From Schmidtea polychroa (Eukaryota), in NCBI GenBank assembly GCA_044892525.1, contig CM097885.1:40922001-40986000 (forward strand): DNA of 64,000 nucleotides, in the 5' to 3' direction. Below the pieces are notes generated by a model, which was not told where the DNA came from, made no database searches, and worked only from the letters and a program-made list of their open reading frames with translations. The translations under genes were made by a program, and so were the position numbers. The stretch's first letter is position 1. Every line of letters starts with the position of its first letter. This document shows positions 12,540 to 28,650 of this stretch, piece after piece.

Positions 12540-15500
12540 TTACTTTCATTAGAAAATAGTTTTATTTTATTTATTTTTTGACTGAATAAATTTATCTATT
12601 TAAATTATTCTCTTTATTTTACTTTATATTTTATTTTAAATAAGTTCAATTAGGTATATTATTAGGTATTTTTTTATTTTATGTATTTTATATACAGTGT
12701 CATGAAATGAAGCGGACGATCAACATTTTTATGAAAGATTTCTGTGTTCGAAAAACAATCAAATGTTTTAAAAACGAACTTAAACGAACAGTTTTTCACG
12801 GTTTTTAATATATAGAAAAACTAAACAAACATACATTTCATATTTTTTGGTAATATTTTAATTAATTTATGAAAATTATTAATTATCTAAACATTCAATT
12901 GTATATGTTTATAATATAATAATAAAGTTAATTTGATAATAATGGAGACTTACAATCACTACAGGCATAACCATCAAAATTACGTATTTTGATAACACTA
13001 AACACCTTTAAAATAAATAAAACTATATACTCAAAAACTATATAAAATTATAGCAAATTAATAAATGAATTGCAAAAAAATTTCAACTATTATTTAATCA
13101 AATAGCACAAAAATTAATAAATAATGACACAGAATTGCAATAAAAAGAAATTAAATATTTTTAAAATTTTTATTGTTTTAGTTGATGATAACATAAAAGT
13201 CTTAGTTTTGTTTTAGTAAAATATTATGTCATTTTTAAGATGTTGTTCTAATCGATGATTACGTCATTAATTTTAAAATTTCATTTTTAGTACACCTTTT
13301 TGAATTTACTCATCATTTTAAATAACTTGAAATATTTGAAATATTTTTATCCAAACAACACATGCTAATAAATTTAAAAAAATTTTGTCTTTAAAAATAT
13401 TTAACCAATTACGCAATAGTATATATTCTTTATATTATCTTTGAAACAACTATGTTTAACCTATTATATAAGAAGTTAGGTATAGTTGCATCATTTGCAT
13501 TTTTATGTTAATAATATTATTTTAGAAATAATAATAATATCTTAAAATATTTTTATTAAAGTGATAATTTTTATGAAATAATTTTAAATAAATTCAATTA
13601 ATATATCTCCATCTTTTATATGCCACTTCACAGTATTTAGCTCCCATAATCCATTAATGAATAATTTTACCATTTATTTGCACCCATTTGAATTATTAAT
13701 TTATCATCTAGTAATGAATAATATCCTCACTTTAATGAAGATTCTTACCACCTGAGAATAATATTGTTAATTTTATCAAAGTTTAAAGAATAAGAATTTT
13801 TATCAAAATTTGTGATAATTTGACTGATTCAAAGATAAATTTGATGGAGTTAATTGGTTTTATTATATATACCCTTAGTTTATCCAACAAGATGTTACTG
13901 GGCACTGTTCATAAGGGTACTGGTCGTAAAGGTACTGGTGTGTTTTAATGATTTTATTTAATCAAATTTTGGTGTTTAAGGCATTCATTGCTTATTTTTT
14001 AGAGTTATTGTTAGTTGGATTTAGTAAATATTCAAGTGAATTTCTATCATTTTGGTGAATTTTTATCATTTTTCTGAATTTCATGTTGATTGAATGAATA
14101 TTTAATAATTTAATGTTTTAATGGTGATTCTAATAAATTTAATTGATAAATTTAATTAATTTCTTTATAATTAGCGGAATTTTATTGACTTGTTTTTAAA
14201 TAAAAGTTAGTTTTAATGACAGTTAGCTTAATAATCAAGTGAAAGGATTAATTTAAAATTAATTGGTGAGAGATTGGTTAATGTGGGAATCTTTTGATTA
14301 TTTAAATGGATGATGTTGGTAAGTGAAATTGCAATACATTAGTCAGTTATGAATCAATAATAATCAGAAATTATATCGTTTTATTAGGTTGTGATGGATG
14401 CGCTAAATTAATTTTGATTTATGGTTTAGAACAAATGTTTTATTAATTTTCTATTAATTATCCAGAGTGTAATTAAGGTAATTGACCAATTTATTTGGTT
14501 TTCACAATGAAATATTTGAAATCTTTAGAGATAAGTGGGATTGACATCAACTTTAAATTATTTTTATCTTTTTCGGGTGATTTTAATTAGAAATTATATC
14601 GGTTGAATATCGGTAAAATATGAACATTTGAAGAAATATATTTTATTGGATGGATAAGTTGAATTTTTCAATGCAACTACTCAGTTATATTGTACAGTAA
14701 TATTTATTTTAAATTTCGAGTAGAACAAAAATTTAATTATAACTGATTTTATCAATTGTTCAGAGTTAATGATTTTAGAAGATTTTAGTGAAATATGTGT
14801 GATTATAGGAATTATAGATATAGTTATAGTCATTTAAAGCGGTTTTAAGGAATCTTATTAGTCTGAGGGAATATCAATAAAATATTTATCGATAAAATAC
14901 TAATCTTTAAAGACAGAGATATTTCAGGGAAATTTGATTCTTTTTAGATGATTTTATTTGAGAATTCGCTTGGATATAACAAATGATAGAATATTGTCAT
15001 TTAAATGAATTTACTGGTTTATTAGATGTTATCATTAGTGGGCTTATATCAGTGTCTTTTGGAATTTAATGATAATTATTTTAGTGCAGATTGCCTACTT
15101 TGATAATTGTAATGAATTTATTCTGATTATTTTGAATATATTGAGCAATCAGTCAATCAATTCGAGTACATATATTACTTTTACAAAAATAATTAAAATT
15201 AATTTATTTCAATTAATTTATTCAATCTAAATAAATTATCTACTAAATCTTATTTCAAAGTTCTTAGAAAATTATTATCTTAGTTGATTTATATTAACTT
15301 GAATGATCAGTATTTTTTTTATTTACTGGATGATTAATGACTAGAATTTAAAGTTCTTTCTTATCCATTGATTAAATTTTGATATTTATTTATTATGTTT
15401 TGAATAATTTAAATTTTTACAATAATTTATTCAATTTTTACCAAGGTATTGATGCGTTGAGTTCAAATTATTTTTCATCCAATTTTTCAAGTGAAGAGGA

Positions 15501-18383
15501 TTTTCTTTTAAAGATCTATTTGTTAGTACATAGTGGTTGATATTTGTTAGAGTTTAATTGTAGATGATGCTAAGAAGATAGTGTATGTGATGAAGAATAT
15601 TTTGTATTTAATTACTATTATTTTTATGTGTTGCTAGTGGGTTGTCGGTACTTGGTATCTAGTTGATAGCATTTTGTTGATAGTGCTTAGTGCTTGGTAT
15701 CTGGTTGGTTCCTTGTTGTTGTTGGCTAGTGAGGATGCATTGTTGGTACGAATCAACAATAACTATTTATTGAATATAAGTTTTACTTTGCAATAATAAG
15801 TCAGTAGTAATCAATTAAAAGAAGAATATTTTGTGAATTAGAATTAAAATTATATGGACTTTTATTGTAATTTAAAATATTTTCAATTCCATCTGGTGTT
15901 TTGAAGTGGTTGATAATTATTCAGTTTTTGATGAAAATCATCATTTTTGTTAAATTTAGACACTTAGAAAAAGTTTTTCTACTGATTCTAATTAAAGATA
16001 TTTTAAAAAAGCATTTGATAAAATACGATGAAGAATATTTAGTTGATTGTTAGTAAATGGTACCTAGTTGTAAGTATTTGGTACTTATTAGTATCTAGTT
16101 AAAAATATTTAGTAATTTGTAGTTAGTATCAGATTGTAAATAGTACCAAAATAGTATCTAGTTGTTAGGTACCTAGTGGTTAACTGTTTGTTTGAAGTAC
16201 ATAGTTGTAAGTATCGAGTTGACATTTTATATTTTGACAAGCATATAAGAAATATTTTACTTGCTGGATTAAGAAGAGCTTATTACAAGCAAATACTTGA
16301 TGAATAAATTTTATCTGTATGTATGTGTTGTTAATACATAGTACTTGGTAGCTGGTTGTAGATAGCTGGTAATTTTTGGTATGTAATTGTTGGATTATTA
16401 TTAATATAACTATTATTATTATTATTATCATTATTATTATTATTTTTATTATTATCATTGAAATTTGCATTTAAATTTATTTTTAAAAATTATTCCATTA
16501 AAATTTGCATTAAAAAATTTCATTTCTCAAAGAAAGTTGGTGGTTATTCAATCTTTTGATAATAAATTTAAAAATCTTACTTTAATTTACTTATTACATT
16601 ACTTTAATTTAATAATTTAAAAATTTGAACCTTAATTTACTTTAATCTAACTTTTTATTTACTAATTTTTCCTTAATATAACTGCCTACTTATTATCATT
16701 GAAAATCCATCTAAATTATCTTTAAAAATTAACTTAAAAAATTATTACATTAAAATTTTACTTTAAATTTGTCTTTGAAAATTTTCATTTAAAATTATCA
16801 TTGAAAATTAATTAATTAAAATTCCCATTAAAAATTACATTTCTCAAAATAGTTGGTGGTTATTCAATATTTTTTGCTAATAAATTTAAAAATTATTACT
16901 TTAATTTACTTATTTAAAAATTAATTACTTTACTTTTTTAACTTTATTTTAATTTTCAGACCATTGCTTACTTAATAAAATATTTGGGCCTTAATTTACT
17001 TTAATTTAACCTTTGTTTACCAAATATTACTGTAATTTACTTATTTATCCTTAATTTACCTATTTATTCTTGTATTACTTAATTTAACATTTTACAACAT
17101 AATTTACTTAACAACCGAATATAACCATTATTTACATATTCAACCAATAATTTCATGTAGTGAATGATTAATTGACAAAGATTTGCATCTAAAATTGACA
17201 CTGAAAATTATATCATAAATATTTTCATTTAAATTTGACTTAAAAAATTTTTCCATTTGAATTTTCATTAAAAAATTTCATTTACCAAAAGTTTGTGGTT
17301 ATTCAACGTTTTTGTTAATAAATTTAAAAATCTTACTTTAATTTACTTATTACATTAATTTACTTTTATTTTTAAATTTTTATTTTAATTTACTTAATGT
17401 AAAAATATTACTTTAACTTTAAAATTTTAGATTACTTAATTAAAAGATTTTAACCTTTATTTACTTTATTACCTTAATTTACCTATTTATTCTTGTATTA
17501 CATAATTTATCATTTCACACCATAACTTGCTTAACAACCAAATATAACCCTTATTTACATATTTAATCAATAATTTCATGTGGTTATTGATTAATTCACA
17601 AAGATTTGCATCAAAAATTAACATTGAAAAATATCTTAAAAAATTATTTCATAAAAATTTCCATTAAAAAATGTCATTTCTCAAAGAAAGTTAGTGGTTA
17701 TTCAATCGTTTGATAATTAATTTAAAAATTCTTACTTTAATTTAATTATTTAACTATAATTTAAAATCTTAGACCATTGATTATTTAATTTAAAAATTTG
17801 AACCTTAATTTATTTATTTGAACCCTTTGATTACTTTAATTTACAAATTTAGACCTTAATTTAATTTAATTTTAAATTTGAGTCCATATTTTACTACAAT
17901 TCAATTTTTAGGCCCATAATTTACTTAAATTTAATTATATGACACCTTTGATTAATTTAAAAATTTAAAAATTCAAAAATTTCGCCCATAATTTACTTAA
18001 TTTAACCCCTATTTTACTTTAATTTAAAATTTTAGAACATATTTTACCTATTTACCATGCTTTTATTTGAAGACTCAAATTTTGTATTGAAAATCCCAGG
18101 ACCATCGATAACCCCTTACTATAGTCAGAGAAATCCTGACTTTTTTTCTATAGGCCCCTTTATCTCTATTGAAAATAATATGAGTGTTCCATTGCCGCAA
18201 TGGCCTTTTTTCTATAGGCACCTTTAATTTTATTGAAAAAAATATGAGTGACTTCCTGCAACAATTGCGTGATCAAAAAATTAAAAGAAAACGAGTTGCC
18301 GCTAATTTTTTCTAGTGGAGGGGAGGGGAGGTGGGTCACTGCGGCAGGGACTACTAACTACGTACTTAAGTCATACATATTCA

Positions 18384-18656
<273 letters not shown>

Positions 18657-20159
18657 CAAATAACCATTTCTCATGAAGTATTCCATAATCAATATGGTTG
18701 TTCACTATAACCTGAAATCTATATAATATTTAAATAAAAACAATGTCATAATAAAATTGAATGTTCCATCCTTAAATTTTGAAAACAGTATGAATTCCCT
18801 ATATTTTAATAAGTGAATTAAATAATGTAAATTTGGTGAATGGTTCAATATAAATTGAATTTTGTTTGAAAGTAGAATTTGAGAAGATGACAAATTTCAT
18901 TCATTCCTTATTTCATATTCTGTTAGACCCATCAATGATACCTTTTTAAAAGAAGGTATTACTTTATTAAACGAAAAATAATTTTAATTAATAAATAATG
19001 GAGTCTTTGGATTATAAATAAAATTGAATATATAATTTTTATTATAACGAAATATTGGTAAATAAGTAGATTTACTTGTCATGTTTTTATTGCGACACCC
19101 CAGTCTTTATTAATTAAAACTTGCACAGTTTGTAATGAAAATATCGATGATAAATGATTTTTCTATAGCATTAATTACTATTTTGAAAGATGATGATGTT
19201 ATTAATAGTAATAACTGTAATCATAGAAATAGACCGTGTCATTATAATACTTCCGACTTAAAATATAATAGTTGTAATGATAAGCATAATAATGAAATTA
19301 CCTCAATGATAAAAATAGTGAAATAATAATAATAATAATAATAATAAATTCCTAAATATGTTAAGAAATTGACCTAACCTATTCTTAAAATTCTTCAAAG
19401 TCGTATTTCAAAAACGTTAAATCTAAAGGCTTCTTATAAAAATAATATTTAAGCTAAGTATCAAAATAAAATACGATCAGTTTTTACTTTCTACTTCTCT
19501 TGTGAATTCTGAATCACAACTTAAGTGAAAGAATTTCTATCTCGAATTCCCTTATCTTCGGTTTTTCCTTTTCTCATCGGGAACAGTCTATTAATTTCTT
19601 CTGAAATTCTAGGAGTTAATCCTCTTAAAATGAGTTGTTTCTCCTTCTGATATACTATGGGTTCGTTCAGGTATAGTTAATTTTTCTTGTATTTTTAGTG
19701 GTTTCTGTCCGAAAATATTTTGTTGATTCTGTAGTTGATTACTTTTCTAATCTTCTCCGAAATATTGTTAAATGGGTTCAGTAGTTATTATTTCTGCATA
19801 CTTAGTTATTTTCCTTTAAAAATGTTTTACTTCAGTTGACTTTTTATGGGTTTCTTGAGCATAATTTTAATTTTAAACTTATTTTAATTTCAATATTATT
19901 CTCACCTAATTTTAATTTAATTTAATTTAATTTAATTGTTTTTAATATTTTAATATTTAATTTTAATTTAATATAACTTAAATTTATTTTAATATTATCA
20001 AAATATTATGAAAATATTTTTATTTATCCAATATTAATTGAATAAATACAATATTAATAATTTTCTATATTTATTTCCTTAAAATGTATATAAGGAATAA
20101 AATAAAAAAAATAATAATATTTTGTTTAAATATCTAATTTATTCTTATTATTATTAATC

Positions 20160-21212
20160 ATGACTAAATTTACAATTGAAAGAAAAAAACTCGTTGTTGT
20201 TTTAATCGGATTGCCAGCAAGAGGTAAATCATACGTTTCGAAAAAACTTTGTAAATATTTCAACTGGTTGAATATTTCTGCACAAATCTTCAATGTTGGT
20301 AACTACAGACGAGAACTTGAAGGAGAGTACACGGGAAATAATTTTTTCGATGGAAACAATGGCGATGCTCAAAAGATTCGTAAATTGTCTGCCGACTCAG
20401 CAATGAATGACATGATTGATTGGTTAGAAAACCATGACGGAAATATCGCGTTTTACGACGCAACTAACACGACCCGTGAAAGACGTCATTGGATTGAAAT
20501 GTCCGTCAGTCAACATCAAATCGACATTTTGTATCTAGAAATTATATGTGATGATCAAGATACGATCAATGAAAATATTGAAAAAGTCAAATTATTCACA
20601 AGAGATTATTTACATTGTTCAAAAGATGAAGCCATTCAAGATTTCAAGTCAAGAATTGAACATTATGCAACAGTTTATGAACCCGTCGATGGAGAATTCG
20701 ATAAAAGCACCTCATTTATTCGAATTTTCAACAAAGGATCACGATTTGAAATCAATAAAATCGATTCCATTTTGAAACAAGAGATTTTCAATTTCATAAA
20801 ATCGATTCGGTTGACAAATCGGTCAATATATTTGTTTACTGACATTTCCAATGAACTCCAGGACGTTTTGACTACACCGAGGGCCAACCATGTCAAATTG
20901 GATCTCAATGATGCTAATGAGCTATCAATGTCTGGAACGATAGCGATTGAGAAAAATGAAGAACAAATAAAGGATTTCAAACGTTTGCAGATGAATGAGA
21001 GCTCGGATGAAATGTTGATCCAGTTGATCCCGATTATATTAGAATCTGAAAAGCACGAATATATGTCAATATTTACTTCGGAAAGAATTTCTAAGGATTT
21101 ATTAAAATATTTTCATAATGAAATCATTCATGAAGAAACTTTGAGTCGGTCGACTATCCTGATCAACTGCTGCAGCAACAAGCCAACATATAATATTCAT
21201 ATAGTCCGCTAA
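20160..21212 (+). CDS. 6-phosphofructo-2-kinase, copy 3
   Basis: Same protein with F233L. Confidence 0.93.
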   Translation: MTKFTIERKKLVVVLIGLPARGKSYVSKKLCKYFNWLNISAQIFNVGNYRRELEGEYTGNNFFDGNNGDAQKIRKLSADSAMNDMIDWLENHDGNIAFYDATNTTRERRHWIEMSVSQHQIDILYLEIICDDQDTINENIEKVKLFTRDYLHCSKDEAIQDFKSRIEHYATVYEPVDGEFDKSTSFIRIFNKGSRFEINKIDSILKQEIFNFIKSIRLTNRSIYLFTDISNELQDVLTTPRANHVKLDLNDANELSMSGTIAIEKNEEQIKDFKRLQMNESSDEMLIQLIPIILESEKHEYMSIFTSERISKDLLKYFHNEIIHEETLSRSTILINCCSNKPTYNIHIVR

Positions 21213-24200
21213 TTACTTTCATTAGAAAATAGTTTTATTTTATTTATTTTTTGACTGAATAAATTTATCTATTTAAATTATTCTCTTTATTTTACTTTAT
21301 ATTTTATTTTAAATAAGTTCAATTAGGTATATTATTAGGTATTTTTTTATTTTATGTATTTTATATGCAGTGTCATGAAATGAAGCGGACGATCAACATT
21401 TTTATGAAAGATTTCTGTGTTCGAAAAACAATCAAATGTTTTAAAAACGAACTTAAACGAACAGTTTTTCACGGTTTTTAATATATAGAAAAACTAAACA
21501 AACATACATTTCATATTTTTTGGTAATATTTTAATTAATTTATGAAAATTATTAATTATCTAAACATTCAATTGTATATGTTTATAATATAATAATAAAG
21601 TTAATTTGATAATAATGGAGACTTACAATCACTACAGGCATAACCATCAAAATTACGTATTTTGATAACACTAAACACCTTTAAAATAAATAAAACTATA
21701 TACTCAAAAACTATATAAAATTATAGCAAATTAATAAATGAATTGCAAAAAAATTTCAACTATTATTTAATCAAATAGCACAAAAATTAATAAATAATGA
21801 CACAGAATTGCAATAAAAAGAAATTAAATATTTTTAAAATTTTTATTGTTTTAGTTGATGATAACATAAAAGTCTTAGTTTTGTTTTAGTAAAATATTAT
21901 GTCATTTTTAAGATGTTGTTCTAATCGATGATTACGTCATTAATTTTAAAATTTCATTTTTAGTACACCTTTTTGAATTTACTCATCATTTTAAATAACT
22001 TGAAATATTTGAAATATTTTTATCCAAACAACACATGCTAATAAATTTAAAAAAATTTTGTCTTTAAAAATATTTAACCAATTACGCAATAGTATATATT
22101 CTTTATATTATCTTTGAAACAACTATGTTTAACCTATTATATAAGAAGTTAGGTATAGTTGCATCATTTGCATTTTTATGTTAATAATATTATTTTAGAA
22201 ATAATAATAATATCTTAAAATATTTTTATTAAAGTGATAATTTTTATGAAATAATTTTAAATAAATTCAATTAATATATCTCCATCTTTTATATGCCACT
22301 TCACAGTATTTAGCTCCCATAATCCATTAATGAATAATTTTACCATTTATTTGCACCCATTTGAATTATTAATTTATCATCTAGTAATGAATAATATCCT
22401 CACTTTAATGAAGATTCTTACCACCTGAGAATAATATTGTTAATTTTATCAAAGTTTAAAGAATAAGAATTTTTATCAAAATTTGTGATAATTTGACTGA
22501 TTCAAAGATAAATTTGATGGAGTTAATTGGTTTTATTATATATACCCTTAGTTTATCCAACAAGATGTTACTGGGCACTGTTCATAAGGGTACTGGTCGT
22601 AAAGGTACTGGTGTGTTTTAATGATTTTATTTAATCAAATTTTGGTGTTTAAGGCATTCATTGCTAATTTTTTAGAGTTATTGTTAGTTGGATTTAGTAA
22701 ATATTCAAGTGAATTTCTATCATTTTGGTGAATTTTTATCATTTTTCTGAATTTCATGTTGATTGAATGAATATTTAATAATTTAATGTTTTAATGGTGA
22801 TTCTAATAAATTTAATTGATAAATTTAATTAATTTCTTTATAATTAGCGGAATTTTATTGACTTGTTTTTAAATAAAAGTTAGTTTTAATGACAGTTAGC
22901 TTAATAATCAAGTGAAAGGATTAATTTAAAATTAATTGGTGAGAGATTGGTTAATGTGGGAATCTTTTGATTATTTAAATGGATGATGTTGGTAAGTGAA
23001 ATTGCAATACATTAGTCAGTTATGAATCAATAATAATCAGAAATTATATCGTTTTATTAGGTTGTGATGGATGCGCTAAATTAATTTTGATTTATGGTTT
23101 AGAACAAATGTTTTATTAATTTTCTATTAATTATCCAGAGTGTAATTAAGGTAATTGACCAATTTATTTGGTTTTCACAATGAAATATTTGAAATCTTTA
23201 GAGATAAGTGGGATTGACATCAACTTTAAATTATTTTTATCTTTTTCGGGTGATTTTAATTAGAAATTATATCGGTTGAATATCGGTAAAATATGAACAT
23301 TTGAAGAAATATATTTTATTGGATGGATAAGTTGAATTTTTCAATGCAACTACTCAGTTATAGTGTACAGTAATATTTATTTTAAATTTCGAGTAGAACA
23401 AAAATTTAATTATAACTGATTTTATCAATTGTTCAGAGTTAATGATTTTAGAAGATTTTAGTGAAATATGTGTGATTATAGGAATTATAGATATAGTTAT
23501 AGTCATTTAAAGCGGTTTTAAGGAATCTTATTAGTCTGAGGGAATATCAATAAAATATTTATCGATAAAATACTAATCTTTAAAGACAGAGATATTTCAG
23601 GGAAATTTGATTCTTTTTAGATGATTTTATTTGAGAATTCGCTTGGATATAACAAATGATAGAATATTGTCATTTAAATGAATTTACTGGTTTATTAGAT
23701 GTTATCATTAGTGGGCTTATATCAGTGTCTTTTGGAATTTAATGATAATTATTTTAGTGCAGATTGCCTACTTTGATAATTGTAATGAATTTATTCTGAT
23801 TATTTTGAATATATTGAGCAACCAGTCAATCAATTCGAGTACATATATTACTTTTACAAAAATAATTAAAATTAATTTATTTCAATTAATTTATTCAATC
23901 TAAATAAATTATCTACTAAATCTTATTTCAAAGTTCTTAGAAAATTATTATCTTAGTTGATTTATATTAACTTGAATGATCAGTATTTTTTTATTTACTG
24001 GATGATTAATGACTAGAATTTAAAGTTCTTTCTTATCCATTGATTAAATTTTGATATTTATTTATTATGTTTTGAATAATTTAAATTTTTACAATAATTT
24101 ATTCAATTTTTACCAAGGTATTGATGCGTTGAGTTCAAATTATTTTTCATCCAATTTTTCAAGTGAAGAGAATTTTCTTTTAAAGATCTATTTGTTAGTA

Positions 24201-27087
24201 CATAGTGGTTGATATTTGTTAGAGTTTAATTGTAGATGATGCTAAGAAGATAGTGTATGTGATGAAGAATATTTTGTATTTAATTACTATTATTTTTATG
24301 TGTTGCTAGTGGGTTGTCGGTACTTGGTATCTAGTTGATAGCATTTTGTTGATAGTGCTTAGTGCTTGGTATCTGGTTGGTTCCTTGTTGTTGTTGGCTA
24401 GTGAGGATGCATTGTTGGTACGAATCAACAATAACTATTTATTGAATATAAGTTTTACTTTGCAATAATAAGTCAGTAGTAATCAATTAAAAGAAGAATG
24501 TTTTGTGAATTAGAAATAAAATTATATGGACCTTTTTGTAATTTAAATTATTTTCAATTCCATCTGATGTTTTAAAGTGGTTGATAATTATTTATTCTTT
24601 GATGAAAATCATCATTTTTGTTAAATTTAGACACTTAGAAAATGTTTTCTACTGATTGTAGTTAAAGATATTTTAAAAAAGCATTTGTTAAAATACGATG
24701 AAGAATATTTAGTTGATTGTTAGTAAATGGTACCTAGTTGTAAGTATTTGGTACTTATTAGTATCTAGTTAAAAATATTTAGTAATTTGTAGTTAGTATC
24801 AGATTGTAAATAGTACCAAAATAGTATCTAGTTGTTAGGTACCTAGTGGTTAACTGTTTGTTTGAAGTACATAGTTGTAAGTATCGAGTTGACATTTTAT
24901 ATTTTGACAAGCATATAAGAAATATTTTACTTGCTGGATTAAGAAGAGCTTATTACAAGCAAATACTTGATGAATAAATTTTATCTGTATGTATGTGTTG
25001 TTAATACATAGTACTTGGTAGCTGGTTGTAGATAGCTGGTAATTTTTGGTATGTAATTGTTGGATTATTATTAATATAACTATTATTATTATTATTATCA
25101 TTATTATTATTATTTTTATTATTATCATTGAAATTTGCATTTAAATTTATTTTTAAAAATTATTCCATTAAAATTTGCATTAAAAAATTTCATTTCTCAA
25201 AGAAAGTTGGTGGTTATTCAATCTTTTGATAATAAATTTAAAAATCTTACTTTAATTTACTTATTACATTACTTTAATTTAATAATTTAAAAATTATAAC
25301 TTTACTTATTTACCTTTAATTTAAAAATTTGAACCTTAATTTACTTTAATCTAACTTTTTATTTACTAATTTTTCCTTAATATAACTGCCTACTTATTAT
25401 CATTGAAAATCCATCTAAATTATCTTTAAAAATTAACTTAAAAAATTATTACATTAAAATTTTACTTTAAATTTGTCTTTGAAAATTTTCATTTAAAATT
25501 ATCATTGAAAATTAATTAATTAAAATTCCCATTAAAAATTACATTTCTCAAAATAGTTGGTGGTTATTCAATATTTTTTGCTAATAAATTTAAAAATTAT
25601 TACTTTAATTTACTTATTTAAAAATTAATTACTTTACTTTTTTAACTTTATTTTAATTTTCAGACCATTGCTTACTTAATAAAATATTTGGGCCTTAATT
25701 TACTTTAATTTAACCTTTGTTTACCAAATATTACTGTAATTTACTTATTTATCCTTAATTTACCTATTTATTCTTGTATTACTTAATTTAACATTTTACA
25801 ACATAATTTACTTAACAACCGAATATAACCATTATTTACATATTCAACCAATAATTTCATGTAGTGAATGATTAATTGACAAAGATTTGCATCTAAAATT
25901 GACACTGAAAATTATATCATAAATATTTTCATTTAAATTTGACTTAAAAAATTTTTCCATTTGAATTTTCATTAAAAAATTTCATTTACCAAAAGTTTGT
26001 GGTTATTCAACGTTTTTGTTAATAAATTTAAAAATCTTACTTTAATTTACTTATTACATTAATTTACTTTTATTTTTAAATTTTTATTTTAATTTACTTA
26101 ATGTAAAAATATTACTTTAACTTTAAAATTTTAGATTACTTAATTAAAAGATTTTAACCTTTATTTACTTTATTACCTTAATTTACCTATTTATTCTTGT
26201 ATTACATAATTTATCATTTCACACCATAACTTGCTTAACAACCAAATATAACCCTTATTTACATATTTAATCAATAATTTCATGTGGTTATTGATTAATT
26301 CACAAAGATTTGCATCAAAAATTAACATTGAAAAATATCTTAAAAAATTATTTCATAAAAATTTCCATTAAAAAATGTCATTTCTCAAAGAAAGTTGGTG
26401 GTTATTCAATCGTTTGATAATTAATTTAAAAATTCTTACTTTAATTTAATTATTTAACTATAATTTAAAATCTTAGACCATTGATTATTTAATTTAAAAA
26501 TTTGAACCTTAATTTATTTATTTGAACCCTTTGATTACTTTAATTTACAAATTTAGACCTTAATTTAATTTAATTTTAAATTTGAGTCCATATTTTACTA
26601 CAATTCAATTTTTAGGCCCATAATTTACTTAAATTTAATTATATGACACCTTTGATTAATTTAAAAATTTAAAAATTCAAAAATTTCGCCCATAATTTAC
26701 TTAATTTAACCCCTATTTTACTTTAATTTAAAATTTTAGAACATATTTTACCTATTTACCATGCTTTTATTTGAAGACTCAAATTTTGTATTGAAAATCC
26801 CAGGACCATCGATAACCCCTTACTATAGTCAGAGAAATCCTGACTTTTTTTCTATAGGCCCCTTTATCTCTATTGAAAATAATATGAGTGTTCCATTGCC
26901 GCAATGGCCTTTTTTCTATAGGCACCTTTAATTTTATTGAAAAAAATATGAGTGACTTCCTGCAACAATTGCGTGATCAAAAAATTAAAAGAAAACGAGT
27001 TGCCGCTAATTTTTTCTAGTGGAGGGGAGGGGAGGAGGGTCACTGCGGCAGGGACTACTAACTACGTACTTAAGTCATACATATTCA

Positions 27088-27090
<3 letters not shown>

Positions 27091-27144
<54 letters not shown>
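27091..27144. repeat. (AAT)18 microsatellite, unit 4
   Basis: Perfect trinucleotide run. Confidence 0.95.
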
Positions 27145-27809
27145 CAAATAACCATTTCTCATGAAGTATTCCATAATCAATATGGTTGTTCACTATAACC
27201 TGAAATCTATATAATATTTAAATAAAAACAATGTCATAATAAAATTTAATGTTCCATCCTTAAATTTTGAAAACAGTATGAATTCCCGATATTTTAATAA
27301 GTGAATTAAATAATGTAAATTTGGTGAATGGTTCAATATAAATTGAATTTTGTTTGAAAGTAGAATTTGAGAAGATGACAAATTTTATTCATTCCTTATT
27401 TCATATTCTGTTAGACCCATCAATGATACCTTTTTAAAAGAAGGTATTACTTTATTAAACGAAAAATAATTTTAATTAATAAATAATGGAGTCTTTGGAT
27501 TATAAATAAAATTGAATATATAATTTTTATTATAACGAAATATTGGTAAATAAGTAGATTGACTTGTCATGTTTTTATTGCGACACCCCAGTCTTTATTA
27601 ATTAAAACTTGCACAGTTTGTAATGAAAATATCGATGATAAATGATTTTTCTATAGCATTAATTACTATTTTGAAAGATGATGATGTTATTAATAGTAAT
27701 AACTGTAATCATAGAAATAGACCGTGTCATTATAATACTTCCGACTTAAAATATAATAGTTGTAATGATAAGCATAATAATGAAATTACCTCAATGATAA
27801 AAATAGTGA

Positions 27810-27840
<31 letters not shown>

Positions 27841-28650
27841 TCCTAAATAGGTTAAGAAATTGACCTAACCTATTCTTAAAATTCTTCAAAGTCGTATTTC
27901 AAAAACGTTAAATCTAAAGGCTTCTTATAAAAATAATATTTAAGCTAAGTATCAAAATAAAATACGATCAGTTTTTACTTTCTACTTCTCTTGTGAATTC
28001 TGAATCACAACTTAAGTGAAAGAATTTCTATCTCGAATTCCCTTATCTTCGGTTTTTCCTTTTCTCATCGGGAACAGTCTATTAATTTCTTCTGAAATTC
28101 TAGGAGTTAATCCTCTTAAAATGAGTTGTTTCTCCTTCTGATATACTATGGGTTCGTTCAGGTATAGTTAATTTTTCTTGTATTTTTAGTGGTTTCTGTC
28201 CGAAAATATTTTGTTGATTCTGTAGTTGATTACTTTTCTAATCTTCTCCGAAATATTGTTAAATGGGTTCAGTAGTTATTATTTCTGCATACTTAGTTAT
28301 TTTCCTTTAAAAATGTTTTACTTCAGTTGACTTTTTATGGGTTTCTTGAGCATAATTTTAATTTTAAACTTATTTTAATTTCAATATTATTCTCACCTAA
28401 TTTTAATTTAATTTAATTTAATTTAATTGTTTTTAATATTTTAATATTTAATTTTAATTTAATATAACTTAAATTTATTTTAATATTATCAAAATATTAT
28501 GAAAATATTTTTATTTATCCAATATTAATTGAATAAATACAATATTAATATTTTTCTATATTTATTTCCTTAAAATGTATATAAGGAATAAAATAAAAAA
28601 AATAATAATATTTTGTTTAAATATCTAACTTATTCTTATTATTATTAATC